Shown piece by piece: positions 1 through 10,363 of a DNA stretch of 64,000 bases (position 1 is the stretch's first letter; each line of letters starts with the position of its first letter). The notes under the pieces were generated by a model. The model saw only the letters and a program-made list of their open reading frames with translations. It was not told where the DNA came from and did no database searches. Source of the DNA: Armatimonadota bacterium (GTDB taxonomy: Bacteria; Armatimonadota; UBA5829; DTJY01); contig JARYMF010000003.1 in assembly GCA_029907255.1 (NCBI GenBank), positions 64,061 through 128,060 of the forward strand, written 5' to 3'. Both the position numbers and the translations under genes were made by a program.

Positions 1-130
1 GGAGGTTGATTTTTATGGAAGGCTTGGCGGAATAGTGCCAAGCCCAAATGAAATCCTTGAAGAGGTGGAAAAACTCTTAAAGCCATCACTATACCAGGTC
101 ATGGCTTCGGCAAAGACCTCTACCAATTAA
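1..130 (+). CDS. 2-oxoacid:ferredoxin oxidoreductase alpha subunit, C-terminal fragment (5' end outside window)
   Basis: In-frame translation ...EVDFYGRLGGIVPSPNEILEEVEKLLKPSLYQVMASAKTSTN* ends at TAA 128-130. This resembles the C-terminus of KorA/PorA-type alpha subunits, and the beta subunit gene follows. Confidence 0.4.
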   Translation, partial: EVDFYGRLGGIVPSPNEILEEVEKLLKPSLYQVMASAKTSTN

Positions 131-182
131 TATGGAATTGCCACCATGGTGATGAGTTATTTGCATTAGAAAGAGGAAGAAG

Positions 183-920
183 ATGAAGGTTGTATTTTCG
201 AGGCCAAGAGCATTAAGTGATGTAACGATGGCGTACTGTCAGGGGTGTACCCATGGGATTGCACACCGCTTAGTTGCTGAGGTTATTGATGAGCTTGGAA
301 TACTTGAGCGCACAATTGGCATTTGTCCAGTAGGATGCTCTGTGTTCCTTTATCAATATATGGAATGCGACATGATTGAGGCGTCACATGGGCGAGCACC
401 GGCAGTTGCTACGGGTGTAAAAAGAGTGCTTCCTGACAGGGTTGTTTTTACTTACCAAGGCGATGGTGATCTTGCAGCTATTGGAACAGCAGAGATTATT
501 CACGCTGCTGCAAGAGGCGAAAACATAACCGTAGTTTTTATTAATAACACAACATACGGTATGACTGGTGGCCAAATGGCACCAACCACAATACCAGGCC
601 AGGAGACTACCACTACTCCAGGGGGACGAGATCCCATTAAAGCTGGAAACCCAATAAAAGTATGTGAGCTTCTTGCGCCTATTGAAGGGACAGCATATAT
701 TGCGCGCGCATCGCTTACAAGTCCGGCGAATGTTATGAAAGCTAAGAAGGCGATAAAAACTGCGTTCGAGATGCAGTTGGCAGGAAAGGGGCTTTCGCTG
801 GTAGAACTTCTGTCTTCGTGTCCTACTCAATGGGGAATGCCACCTCTTGAAGCTCTTAAACATGTAGACGAAGTAATAACTCCATACTATCCGCTTGGTG
901 AGTTCAAGAGAGTAAACTAG
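183..920 (+). CDS. 2-oxoacid:ferredoxin oxidoreductase beta subunit (TPP-binding)
   Basis: The N-terminal CQGCTHG matches the KorB/PorB CPGCGH motif. A GDGD TPP-binding motif is followed by NN..YGMTGGQ. 245 aa. Confidence 0.8.
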   Translation: MKVVFSRPRALSDVTMAYCQGCTHGIAHRLVAEVIDELGILERTIGICPVGCSVFLYQYMECDMIEASHGRAPAVATGVKRVLPDRVVFTYQGDGDLAAIGTAEIIHAAARGENITVVFINNTTYGMTGGQMAPTTIPGQETTTTPGGRDPIKAGNPIKVCELLAPIEGTAYIARASLTSPANVMKAKKAIKTAFEMQLAGKGLSLVELLSSCPTQWGMPPLEALKHVDEVITPYYPLGEFKRVN

Positions 921-952
921 AAGACGAAAAATGATGGAGGCAGTAGGGAAAC

Positions 953-2224
953 ATGGATTCAGCCCGATTTGACCGCATAAGGTCAGCAATTAACGAAATA
1001 CCGGTTATTGATATCCATACACATTTAGGAACCCGTGGGATGTGGCAGGCGAGGGATTTAACAGACATAATGTTCTATCATTGGCTTGGAACCGAGTTCC
1101 GTAACGCTGGTTGCCCTGAGGAGGCATGCTACCCAAGCCAAACAGCGCCTGCACTTACGCCAAAGGAAAGGGTAAAAACAGCAATTCCTTTCTGCCGAGC
1201 GATTCGAAATACTTCAAATTTTTGGGCGTTCGCTGGAATCATGAGCGACCTTTACGGAATTGACTATTTGGATGAGAGCAACTGGGAATATGCTTTTGAT
1301 GCAGTCGCAGAACGCGCTAATGACCCAACATGGGAGCTTGAGGTACTTAGAAGGGCAAAGATAAAAAAAGCCGCAATACATGCTGGCCAAGAACCTAGGG
1401 ACCCATCGCCATATTTTAACTATTTGCTTGGTGAGGGGCTTTATGGAATTGGCTTGGTAACTACACCCGAAGCGCTGACAAAAACGCTCGGAGAACTTCC
1501 TCAGTCTGCACTTGATTTGGATGTTGCAATTACCAAGCATATTGAGAAAACAGCACAAGAGAGCAAAAGCACAGCGATTCATCTTTGGCTTCCTGCTACG
1601 TGGCGATATACGCCGACTGAGCTGGACGAAGCAAATGAACTATTTAAACGGTGGAAAGCTCGAGAATCGCTGTCGCAAGAAGAACGAAACCGACTATCTT
1701 CGTTTTCTGCAGATGTCGTAGCTAGGGAAGCAGGACGTCTCGGATTGGTTGTTCAAGTATTCCATGGCTCAATTGCATACTCAGGTGGACTGCAGGTTAC
1801 AACATGGCACCCAGGTTTCCTTCGCAACCTAATACTTCATATCGCAAAAAACGCAGCCACCAAGTTTGATTTATTTCTTGCAACTAGGGCGGCAAGCCAT
1901 GAGGCTGCAGGTTTAGCGCGACTGTATCCGAATTTAATCGTTTCAGGCGCTTGGTGGCATGGATTCACCCCCACTACGCTCACGGAATTCTTCCGCGATA
2001 GGCTGGAAATGCTTCCCATGACCCGGTGGCATGCTTTTTATTCTGACGGCTATTGTGTTGAGTGGTGCTATGGAAAACTGCTTCTCACCAAGAACCGGCT
2101 TGCAGTAGCACTAACTCAGCTTGCGGACGAACACTTGATAGGGGAAGAAGACGTGGAGGAAATTGCACAGGCATTACTTTATGATAATCCAATGAGAATA
2201 TATCTAGCCAACCACTGTGCGTAG
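953..2224 (+). CDS. Amidohydrolase-superfamily protein, possibly uronate-isomerase (UxaC)-like
   Basis: The N-terminal IPVIDIHTHLG metal-binding signature resembles the UxaC 'IFDYHCHL' motif. Length is 423 aa. Confidence 0.4.
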   Translation: MDSARFDRIRSAINEIPVIDIHTHLGTRGMWQARDLTDIMFYHWLGTEFRNAGCPEEACYPSQTAPALTPKERVKTAIPFCRAIRNTSNFWAFAGIMSDLYGIDYLDESNWEYAFDAVAERANDPTWELEVLRRAKIKKAAIHAGQEPRDPSPYFNYLLGEGLYGIGLVTTPEALTKTLGELPQSALDLDVAITKHIEKTAQESKSTAIHLWLPATWRYTPTELDEANELFKRWKARESLSQEERNRLSSFSADVVAREAGRLGLVVQVFHGSIAYSGGLQVTTWHPGFLRNLILHIAKNAATKFDLFLATRAASHEAAGLARLYPNLIVSGAWWHGFTPTTLTEFFRDRLEMLPMTRWHAFYSDGYCVEWCYGKLLLTKNRLAVALTQLADEHLIGEEDVEEIAQALLYDNPMRIYLANHCA

Positions 2225-2367
2225 ACGTTTACCCCAAGGTCCAGCAATTTCAAATATCTTTAGAAATCTCCCTGTGCGGCATATATTCTAGCAATTAACG
2301 CTAAGGAGCTTTCTATCTAAAGTGGAGTTTTGATTATTAAAAAAGAAAGTAAGGAGGAGGACGACCG

Positions 2368-3504
2368 TTGATTGAGTTAGCGCTGGGAAGCGAGTCTCAC
2401 ATTGGAAACATTTACCCATTTGTTGAAAAGCAAGCTTTAAAGTCAGAATTTTCTTATTCATACCTTAGTGGCGGATTTTCGAATCCCGATGCGTGGAAAA
2501 AAGCGGCACGTGAGAAGGTTTTCGAACTTCTTCATTACAGACCTGAGAAATGTGCGCCGAATGCCGAGATTACCGAGAGAACAGATATGGGTGATTATAT
2601 ACGCGAAAAGATATACTTCAACACAACGCCCGACATTAGAGTGCCTGCGTACGTTCTGATACCAAAAAGTAGTCTCCCGGCGCCAGCTATTGTTGCGTTA
2701 CATGACCACGGTTGCATGTACCGTTGGGGGAAGGAAAAAATTATAGATGTTGGTCCTGTGCATCCAGCTTTGGAGGAATTCCGCCAGCAAGCATACTCGG
2801 GAAAATGTTATGCCACGGAGCTTGCCCGTAGAGGGTATGTAGTAATTTGTATAGATGCCTTCTACTTCGGAGAACGAAGAATTTTGCCTGCGGAACCAAT
2901 TGACTCTGCAACCGAGACCACTGAACAAGTTCAAGCACAAAACGAGCTTTCGCGGAAAGAAGATACTGTGGCGAAGACAATTTTCATGGCGGGACTCACT
3001 TGGCTAGGAATTATGATTTGGGATGATATTCGCACTGTTGATTATCTAATTAGTAGACCAGAGGTTGATCCCATGCGGATTGGGTGCATCGGATTATCTC
3101 TTGGTGGGTTTAGAAGCGCTTATCTCTCAGGCCTCGACTCAAGGATAAAATGTGCGGTTGTTGTCGGTTGGATGAGCGCTTATGGAAAGATGTTGAAAAG
3201 ACATATGGTTTGCCACACATGGATGTTGTTTATTCCGGGACTATATCAATACCTCGACTTGCCAGACATAGTTTCAATGCTTGCGCCAAATCCTCTCTTA
3301 GTCATTCATGGTAGCAGGGATGAACTTTTCCCACCGGAAGGCGTCGAGGAAGCTTTTGAGAAAATCTCAGCTATCTATGAAAAGCTTGGTGCACGAGACA
3401 GATTCCGTGCAAGCGTTTACGATACACCGCATGAGTTTAACGCAGATATGCAAGAAGAGGCATTTGCATGGTTTGATTCTGTTATGCGTCCAGCAGGAGT
3501 TTAG
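2368..3504 (+). CDS. Alpha/beta hydrolase (esterase or S9 peptidase-like)
   Basis: A GLSLGG (GxSxG) nucleophile elbow and a C-terminal D...H, all after an N-terminal lid region. TTG start with an AAGGAGGAGG RBS. Confidence 0.6.
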   Translation: MIELALGSESHIGNIYPFVEKQALKSEFSYSYLSGGFSNPDAWKKAAREKVFELLHYRPEKCAPNAEITERTDMGDYIREKIYFNTTPDIRVPAYVLIPKSSLPAPAIVALHDHGCMYRWGKEKIIDVGPVHPALEEFRQQAYSGKCYATELARRGYVVICIDAFYFGERRILPAEPIDSATETTEQVQAQNELSRKEDTVAKTIFMAGLTWLGIMIWDDIRTVDYLISRPEVDPMRIGCIGLSLGGFRSAYLSGLDSRIKCAVVVGWMSAYGKMLKRHMVCHTWMLFIPGLYQYLDLPDIVSMLAPNPLLVIHGSRDELFPPEGVEEAFEKISAIYEKLGARDRFRASVYDTPHEFNADMQEEAFAWFDSVMRPAGV

Positions 3505-3572
3505 GCAACCCAAAGAGAAACTTGCATTTACTAGATTGCTTAATTTCGATTTGATTACGGAGAGGGTATAAG

Positions 3573-4409
3573 ATGGATTTAACACTACCGGTAATTCATG
3601 TAGTTGCAGAAAACTTGCCCGAAGCGTGGGAACGAGCAGTTGTAGAAACCTGGAAGCATGGTGCAACAATACAGACACAATACGATAAGCCAACTGACCC
3701 GCCGAGTAAGGATGCGCTATCTGTTATTGTGGTTACTAACCCCATGTCCGAGCCGCGAATTCATCGGGCATTTCCAGGGGGTATCGTTGAACTTGAAGCA
3801 TACCGCCAAGAAGTTGTGGATGGAATCCACGATCATTGGGTAAACCCTGCCGAAGGGAAATGGGAGTATACATATCATGAACGCTTAACAGCATATTCAG
3901 TTCCTGGCATAAAGGAACCTGTTAATCAACTTGATTACGTGGTATCAGCACTTGCAGAAGCTCCGTACACTCGCCGTGCACAGGCGATTACCTGGAAGCC
4001 ATGGGAGGATGCAGGTATTCAAGACCCTGCATGCCTTCAGCGGATGTGGTTCCGAGTATTTGGCGACGAATTAGTTCTAAACGTTCACATGCGTTCGAAT
4101 GACGCCTTCAAAGCCTCGTTTATGAACATGTATGCTTTTACTGATCTTCAGCGAGTTGTTGCTGAAAGACTTTCCGACCGTATTGGGCGCAGGATTAAAG
4201 TAGGGCAATATACACATATTGCTGATTCTTTCCATATTTACGGTTCATATTTTGAAGAATTTGAGGGTTTCCTTAAGACTCTGCAAACGCGCACATTCGA
4301 ACAAAGAGTTTTTCGCACTGAGGATGTCCAAGATATCATTGATGAAGCAAGAGAGCAGATTGCGCGTTCTCTTGAAACTGAGATTATTTCGGGGAGAAAA
4401 GGACTTTGA
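3573..4409 (+). CDS. thyA: Thymidylate synthase, short archaeal-type ThyA-like
   Basis: DPACLQRMWFRV aligns to ThyA PPCHAFFQFYV and keeps the catalytic Cys. HMRSNDAFKASFMNMYA aligns to QRSCDVFLGLPFNIASYA and keeps the Asn that specifies dUMP. Confidence 0.55.
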   Translation: MDLTLPVIHVVAENLPEAWERAVVETWKHGATIQTQYDKPTDPPSKDALSVIVVTNPMSEPRIHRAFPGGIVELEAYRQEVVDGIHDHWVNPAEGKWEYTYHERLTAYSVPGIKEPVNQLDYVVSALAEAPYTRRAQAITWKPWEDAGIQDPACLQRMWFRVFGDELVLNVHMRSNDAFKASFMNMYAFTDLQRVVAERLSDRIGRRIKVGQYTHIADSFHIYGSYFEEFEGFLKTLQTRTFEQRVFRTEDVQDIIDEAREQIARSLETEIISGRKGL

Positions 4410-4464
4410 GAATTAAGCGCATGAGCAGAGGGCATACATTACTCTAAGATTGTGGAGGTTTCCA

Positions 4465-4680
4465 ATGTTATTTCCCAAGGACAAAATGAGCTATACTTCA
4501 GTTTACGAAGGTAAGAAATCCGATGAAGGTTGGCTTGTCCTGAATATAGCCGGCATGGATTTGGAGGGAGTTAGCAAAATCTACGTTGACCTTTCAGATG
4601 TCGAGGAAATCAAGACAAAAAAGTTAAAGGCTCAAGAAGCTTTAGAAGAGGCTAGGCGCCTGCTGAGTGGAGATCTTTAA
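4465..4680 (+). CDS. Small hypothetical protein (71 aa)
   Basis: The ORF has a GGAGG RBS 7 nt upstream of ATG 4465. It has no recognisable domain and an acidic, coiled C-terminus. Confidence 0.35.
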   Translation: MLFPKDKMSYTSVYEGKKSDEGWLVLNIAGMDLEGVSKIYVDLSDVEEIKTKKLKAQEALEEARRLLSGDL

Positions 4681-4805
4681 TTAGCGAAGAATCTAGGATA
4701 ACTAGTTTTACCAAGCTAAAAACCTCCAAAACAAGACAAAAGAAGAGAAGCTGATGGTGATAAATGTTATCCCATTTTTCTTATTAAACTGACAATGGCA
4801 CAACT

Positions 4806-5780
4806 ATGGAAATTACTCTTCCCCAATTTGCACTAATGCTACATTCGGTTCCACACCTAGGACCAAAGGGAATCCAACGGATTTTATGCGATATTTCAGC
4901 ACCTATTGGAACCAAAACCATTAATCTTAGTGAGCTTCAGTTTTGGAAACTCTCAGCAGATTGCCTAATAAGAAATTATAAGGTTCACCCAGAAGCAGCA
5001 CATTACATTGAATTTTGCAAGGAGCAATTACTCAATTCATCAAGGGATTTATTAAAGGCGGTTCAGAAACTTGGTATCCATGTAGTAACGGTTGTCGATT
5101 CTGATTATCCCCCTTGTATTCGGGAATACGAAGCCCATCCGCCGCCAATACTTTATATTTATGGAAATATGTCCCTCCTTAGAGAAAGAAAATTCGCAGT
5201 AATTAGCTCAAATGATATAAGTGGCCGAAGCATAGAAATAACCCGCGAAATTTCTAGCTTATTATCTGAAGAGGGTCTTACTGCGGTAACTAGTCATAAC
5301 ACGCATTCATATCAGATTGTAGGCATAGCTGCTAAAAGCCGCAATGCTCCATTAGTGCTAGTTCTTGATAGGGGTATTCTTAGTGCATTTCCACAGGGTC
5401 TTGGATGGGAACCTGTTGCACAGGCGCGTATTTGGGATTTGCGGTTTGACCCTCAGCGGGACGTAGTGATCTCGAAGTTTCGAGTTTATGATCCATGGAT
5501 TGGAGCAAATGGGCGTGAACGCGACCGCATGGTTTTTAGCATGGCTGATATTGTAGTAGCTGTTGAGGTGCGAGCCGGAGGGGTGATGGAGGCGGAATGC
5601 CTTCGAGCGTTTAAACATGGTAGAGAGGTTTATGTTTACAAACCTGACGACGGAGAACCTCCTGCTGGCAATCAAACCTTGTTGAACAAAGGCTGTGAAC
5701 CGTTGAATCCTACGCAGGCTCGCTCACTGATGCGAACTCTTGATTTACCAAATGATGACGATTTGGAATTAAGCCAATAA
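4806..5780 (+). CDS. DprA/Smf-like (SLOG/Rossmann) protein, divergent
   Basis: Helix-hairpin-helix-like N-terminus (VPHLGPKGIQRIL). LGIHVVTVVDSDYPPCIREYEAHPPPILYIYG resembles the DprA LG..YP..L..I.DPP.VLY.KG segment, followed by a Rossmann-like KFAVISSNDISGRS. The canonical glycine-rich signature is degenerate. Confidence 0.4.
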   Translation: MEITLPQFALMLHSVPHLGPKGIQRILCDISAPIGTKTINLSELQFWKLSADCLIRNYKVHPEAAHYIEFCKEQLLNSSRDLLKAVQKLGIHVVTVVDSDYPPCIREYEAHPPPILYIYGNMSLLRERKFAVISSNDISGRSIEITREISSLLSEEGLTAVTSHNTHSYQIVGIAAKSRNAPLVLVLDRGILSAFPQGLGWEPVAQARIWDLRFDPQRDVVISKFRVYDPWIGANGRERDRMVFSMADIVVAVEVRAGGVMEAECLRAFKHGREVYVYKPDDGEPPAGNQTLLNKGCEPLNPTQARSLMRTLDLPNDDDLELSQ

Positions 5781-5794
5781 TTCTCATCCAGGAG

Positions 5795-6613
5795 GTGAAG
5801 AAAATGAAAATGCCAATGACGTCCATTGGTGGCATTAAAGTATCAAGAATCATATGTGGTTCAAATACTTTCTTTGGCTATTCTCACTTCAGTGCAGCAA
5901 GGGATATGTGGCTTAAGAAATACTTTGACGTACCTAGAATAGTAGAAGTCATGGCAAAATGCGCTGAATTTGGTGTGAATTGTGTGCTTAGTGGTCCTGT
6001 TCCCGCAATGTATGAAGCTATCCAAGAGGTTGAAAGACAGACCGGCAACCATTATGTTTGGATTTGCACGCCTGGAATGGGAAACGAGGATATCGGTGAA
6101 GGTTTGAAGTGGTGTGCCGACCACGGAGTGGAAATGTGTTTTCCGCACACTTCTTGGACGGACATTCGACTAAACGTAGCAAAAAACGAAATTGAAGGAG
6201 TCGAGCCGGTCTTTGAGCAAATACGAAATCTTGGCATGATTCCTGGCTTCAGTACACATAGACCAGAAGTCATAATCGTTAGCGATAGCCGCGGCTATGA
6301 TGCCCAAGCATATATTCAACCATTTAACGTTGCTGGATTCTTGTGTTCTGTTGAGACGGATTGGATAGCGAGGATCATACGCAATACACCTAAGCCTGTT
6401 GTTTGCATCAAACCGCTTGCTGCGGGGCGAGTCATGCCTGAGCCGGGTCTAGGGTATGTGCTTCGCAACAACAAACCAATTGACCCGGTATGTATTGGTT
6501 TCCTTAGCCCTGAGGAAGCAGAAGAAGACATCCGCATTGCTCTAGCAATAATGGAGCACGAACAGGCAAACGTTGAACTTACAAAGTCCCGAAGTAAAGC
6601 ACATCTTGCTTGA
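5795..6613 (+). CDS. Hypothetical protein, alternating beta/alpha pattern (TIM-barrel-like?)
   Basis: 272 aa with a regular alternation of hydrophobic beta-strand-like and helical segments. No signature motif recognised. Starts 14 nt after the DprA-like stop. Confidence 0.4.
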   Translation: MKKMKMPMTSIGGIKVSRIICGSNTFFGYSHFSAARDMWLKKYFDVPRIVEVMAKCAEFGVNCVLSGPVPAMYEAIQEVERQTGNHYVWICTPGMGNEDIGEGLKWCADHGVEMCFPHTSWTDIRLNVAKNEIEGVEPVFEQIRNLGMIPGFSTHRPEVIIVSDSRGYDAQAYIQPFNVAGFLCSVETDWIARIIRNTPKPVVCIKPLAAGRVMPEPGLGYVLRNNKPIDPVCIGFLSPEEAEEDIRIALAIMEHEQANVELTKSRSKAHLA

Positions 6614-6666
6614 CACAGGTTGCTTAGTATGATACCTTTTGGTCAGCATTACCCTCAGGAAGAAGC

Positions 6667-9600
6667 ATGTTACTTAAGAAGCTCGAGATTCAAGGATTTA
6701 AAAGTTTTGCTGACCGGACCGAAATCCTCTTTACACCGGGCGTCATTGCGGTTGTTGGTCCAAATGGTAGTGGAAAAAGCAACATCTCCGACGCTATCCT
6801 CTGGGTACTTGGCGAGCAGAACGTTCGTGCCTTACGCGGACAAAAATACGAGGATGTAATATTTGCAGGCACGGATAAGCGCCGACCAGTTGGGATGGCT
6901 GAAGTTTCCCTCACGGTTGACAATTCGAGCGGGAAATTGCCAATCGAATTTTCTGAGGTAACGGTTACTCGCCGTGCTTATCGCTCAGGTGAAAGCGAGT
7001 TTTTCATAAACAAGACCCCATGCAGGCTCAAAGACATATATGAACTATTTCTTGATACCGGTGTTGGGCGAGGGGCATACTCCATTGTAAGCCAGGGTGA
7101 GATAGACGCTATTCTTTCGGCTCGACCCGAAGATAGGCGCGAGTTGTTCGATGAAGCAGCCGGCATTAAGAAATACCGCCACAGGAAAAAAGAAGCTGAG
7201 CGAAAGCTAGAAACCACTGAGCAGAATCTCCAGCGAGTGAATGATATTATTAGGGAAATCGAAGCCCAAATTGAGCCGATGGTTGAACAAGCCGAAGTGG
7301 CAAAAAGATATTTGGAGCTCGTATCCAGGCTCCGGGAAATAGAAATAGGCATTCTTGTGAACGACCTTCAGCGCTATAACGCTGAAATTCAGGCAGTGCG
7401 TTTAAATAAGCAGGTCTTTACTCATGAAATTTCCGATGCGGATGCCTTACTTGCAGCTTTAGAGGAGGAGAAGTCTGCACTCGCTGTTGATTTAGCCAAC
7501 GCTGACGCTCAGGTAGAACGATATCAAGCTCAGTATCAGGAAGCACTGACTCATCTTGAGCGGACAGAGAGCCAACTGGCTTTAGTAAACCAGAGGCATT
7601 CTTCGTCGGAAAATGCCAAAAATCTGCTTTCAGAGGAAATTGCCCAGCTTGAAAGGCGTATTGCCCAGCTTGATTCCCAACGAGAAAATCTATTAGCAGA
7701 ACGCGAAAGCTTGGAAAAAGAGGAGGCTAAATTAAACCGGCGGCTGGAAGATAAAATTGCTGAACTTCATGCGCTTCAAGAAAAAATGGAGGCAGCTGAA
7801 CAGGCGGCAAATGAGAAGAAAAGTGATTACATTGAACTGGCAAAAAAGTTAGCGGCTCAAAAGACAGAATTAGCAAATACGACTGCCAGAATTGAAAGTC
7901 TTCAAGAATCGCTAGAACGCTTAACAGTTGAGCTAAAAGACGCTGAACAAGCTATGGGTAAAGTGTGCACAGAAAAGGAGAACACGGAGAGTGAGCTTCT
8001 AAAAATTAAGGCTGACCTTGAAAAAGTTGCCTCGGAAATGTCTGCTCTCAGCATAGAAATTAAGGAAAAGCAGGCAGCTGTTGGTAAGTTAGATGATGAA
8101 CTTTCGCAACTTAAGAGCACACTAGTAGACAAGCAGTCGCGTTTGAAAACACTGTGCGAAATGGAGGAGGCTAGAGAAGGGTATTTCCTCGGGGTTCGCT
8201 CTGTAATGAAGGCAGTAAAATCAGGATTAATAGACGGTGGCTTTGCAGTAGTAGCAGACGTGATAAAAGTACCAAACGGGTACGAGACAGCCTTTGAAGT
8301 CGCTCTTGGGTCGAGCCTTCAAGACATAATTACCGACTCTGAACGTGAGGCGAAAGAAGCAATAGAGTATTTAAAAACAAACAAAGCTGGTCGAGCCACG
8401 TTCCTGCCTCTTAACATGATGCGGTATACGGTATCTCCGCTTCTCAAAGAGCTAGTTGGCAGAGACGGGGTACTAGGTCTTGGAAATGAACTCGCAGAAT
8501 TTGACCCAAAATATGCTCCTGCGATTAATTCTTTGTTAGGCAAGGTTCTGGTTGCGCAGGATATAGATTCAGCAATAACAGTGTCGAAATCAGCAGTTGG
8601 TTGGAGTAAGATAGTTACCCTTGAAGGCGAACTTGTGCTTCCAAGTGGAGCAATTACTGGGGGCAAAGCACCAGGTAAAACTACAAATAATCTTCTGGAG
8701 CGGAAGCGCGTAATTGAAAATTTGCAAAACGAAGTACGTGAAATCGAGAGGAATATCGCGGTCAAACAATCCTCGGCCCAAGCGTTAAAGCAGGAGATAA
8801 ATGAGCTATCAAACAGACTAGCAGCTTTGGGAGAGCAGGATACTGCACTAAAGATGTCGTTTTTAGAAAAGGAGCGTCAGGTTGAGTTCCTGTCCCGTGA
8901 AGCTGCAAGGCTTGCGAAGGAGTTAGAAGTTATTGAGTCTGAAAGGGAAGATGTCCGAGAAAATTTGGACAAAGCCTGCGAAACTCAAACCTTGCTTATA
9001 TCCGCCATAGAAGAGGCAAATAAGGAAAATGCCACCCTTGATGACCAGATAAACAAAACAGAAAGCGAGACTCAGGAGTTACAAGAAAGATGTGACCTTG
9101 TAAGTGGTGAGATTAGTGCTGTTAACATTTCCTTAGCTTCGCTCGTCCAAAAAAAGGTAGCTATTGAAAGCAGTCTGACAGACTCTGAAAACACTTGGAA
9201 GGAAATTTCCACCGAGATATTTCGCAAGCGTGAGCAATTAAGAATGGCCATAGAAGAAAGGGATGAAACTGAGCGTAGGCGAGTCGAGCTAGAGGCAGAA
9301 TTAGAAAATGCTAAAAGAATTTCGATAGAGACGCAGACCCAATCTGAACAATGGCGCAGGACAAAGCAAACAATACTGGCATCAAGCATGGAAGTTACTG
9401 AACGTATAAAGGAGGTAAACCGCAATCGAGAGGACTTAACGCAAAAAGTTCATGCCGCGGAGCTCCGTGAAGCCAGATTGGAAGTTCAGATTGCGCAAAC
9501 GACAGCGCGTTTACTAGATGAATATGATATAACTGCGGAGGAAGCTCTTCGGAAAGAACGTCCCGAAGTAAAACACGGTTCTGCTGCCGAGGTGATGAGA

Positions 9601-10236
9601 CTGCGCCGCGAAATAAAAGCAATGGGGGAAGTTAACACTGGGGCAGTTCAGGAGTACTCCAGACTTAGCGAAAGGTTGGAGTTTCTAAGCTCTCAACAAA
9701 GGGACCTGATTGATGCACGGCAAAAGCTTGTGAGTGCAATAAAGGAAATAGACGAAAATACTAGAGGCGTTTTCCTTGAGACATTCGAGGCCGTTGGAAG
9801 AGCATTTAATGAAATGTTCTGTCGCCTTTTTGGCGGTGGGAAGACTCAATTGGTGCTTACTGATCCAGATAACATACTTGAGAGCGGGATAGATGTAATG
9901 GTCGAGCTTCCAGGTAAGAAGCTACAAAATCTTCTTTTGCTCTCAGGTGGCGAAAGGGCCCTTATAGCATCAGCTTTGATGTTTGCTTTGCTATCTGTAA
10001 AACCAAGTCCGTTTTGTGTTTTGGATGAGGTTGATGCTCCCTTAGATGAAGCAAACGTAGAGAAATTTGCTGACATAATAAGGGAGTTTGCTGAGAATTC
10101 CCAGATGATTGTAATAACTCATAACAGGGCAACAATGGAAGCTGCAGACGTTCTTTATGGCGTGACAATGCAGGAACCTGGTATATCAAAGGTTGTTTCG
10201 GTAAAGATGTCCGAGATTGAAGCAAAAAGTCAATAG
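6667..10236 (+). CDS. smc: Chromosome segregation protein SMC
   Basis: Canonical N-terminus MLLKKLEIQGFKSFAD...GPNGSGKSNISDAILWVLGEQ (Walker A). Long coiled coil with a hinge. C-terminal LSGGE signature and Walker B (VLDEVDAPLD). 1189 aa. Confidence 0.95.
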   Translation: MLLKKLEIQGFKSFADRTEILFTPGVIAVVGPNGSGKSNISDAILWVLGEQNVRALRGQKYEDVIFAGTDKRRPVGMAEVSLTVDNSSGKLPIEFSEVTVTRRAYRSGESEFFINKTPCRLKDIYELFLDTGVGRGAYSIVSQGEIDAILSARPEDRRELFDEAAGIKKYRHRKKEAERKLETTEQNLQRVNDIIREIEAQIEPMVEQAEVAKRYLELVSRLREIEIGILVNDLQRYNAEIQAVRLNKQVFTHEISDADALLAALEEEKSALAVDLANADAQVERYQAQYQEALTHLERTESQLALVNQRHSSSENAKNLLSEEIAQLERRIAQLDSQRENLLAERESLEKEEAKLNRRLEDKIAELHALQEKMEAAEQAANEKKSDYIELAKKLAAQKTELANTTARIESLQESLERLTVELKDAEQAMGKVCTEKENTESELLKIKADLEKVASEMSALSIEIKEKQAAVGKLDDELSQLKSTLVDKQSRLKTLCEMEEAREGYFLGVRSVMKAVKSGLIDGGFAVVADVIKVPNGYETAFEVALGSSLQDIITDSEREAKEAIEYLKTNKAGRATFLPLNMMRYTVSPLLKELVGRDGVLGLGNELAEFDPKYAPAINSLLGKVLVAQDIDSAITVSKSAVGWSKIVTLEGELVLPSGAITGGKAPGKTTNNLLERKRVIENLQNEVREIERNIAVKQSSAQALKQEINELSNRLAALGEQDTALKMSFLEKERQVEFLSREAARLAKELEVIESEREDVRENLDKACETQTLLISAIEEANKENATLDDQINKTESETQELQERCDLVSGEISAVNISLASLVQKKVAIESSLTDSENTWKEISTEIFRKREQLRMAIEERDETERRRVELEAELENAKRISIETQTQSEQWRRTKQTILASSMEVTERIKEVNRNREDLTQKVHAAELREARLEVQIAQTTARLLDEYDITAEEALRKERPEVKHGSAAEVMRLRREIKAMGEVNTGAVQEYSRLSERLEFLSSQQRDLIDARQKLVSAIKEIDENTRGVFLETFEAVGRAFNEMFCRLFGGGKTQLVLTDPDNILESGIDVMVELPGKKLQNLLLLSGGERALIASALMFALLSVKPSPFCVLDEVDAPLDEANVEKFADIIREFAENSQMIVITHNRATMEAADVLYGVTMQEPGISKVVSVKMSEIEAKSQ

Positions 10237-10363
10237 GGCTAAAGCATCAACGTGAGGCAAGAAATAAAGGCTTGAGTAGCCTAAAAAAGAAAAAGACAAT
10301 CGCCATACCAAAAAAGGATTTTGATAAAAGCAAAAAGTTTTTTAATTGATATGCGAAATAATA

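Noticed and set aside
384-989. 201-aa minus-strand ORF antisense to the oxidoreductase beta-subunit gene
   Set aside because: It lies entirely inside a well-supported + strand CDS with strong motifs. Its product is Cys/Ser-rich low-complexity, typical of a shadow ORF.
6667-10236. SMC as a Wadjet/JetC or MukB-like defence condensin
   Set aside because: The N- and C-terminal head motifs match canonical housekeeping SMC (FKSF...GPNGSGKSN, LSGGE), and there are no jetA, jetB or jetD-like neighbours.
10268-10282. Hairpin AGGCT-TGAGT-AGCCT after smc as a terminator
   Set aside because: Only a 5-bp stem, followed by an A-run rather than a U-run on the coding strand. Weak.
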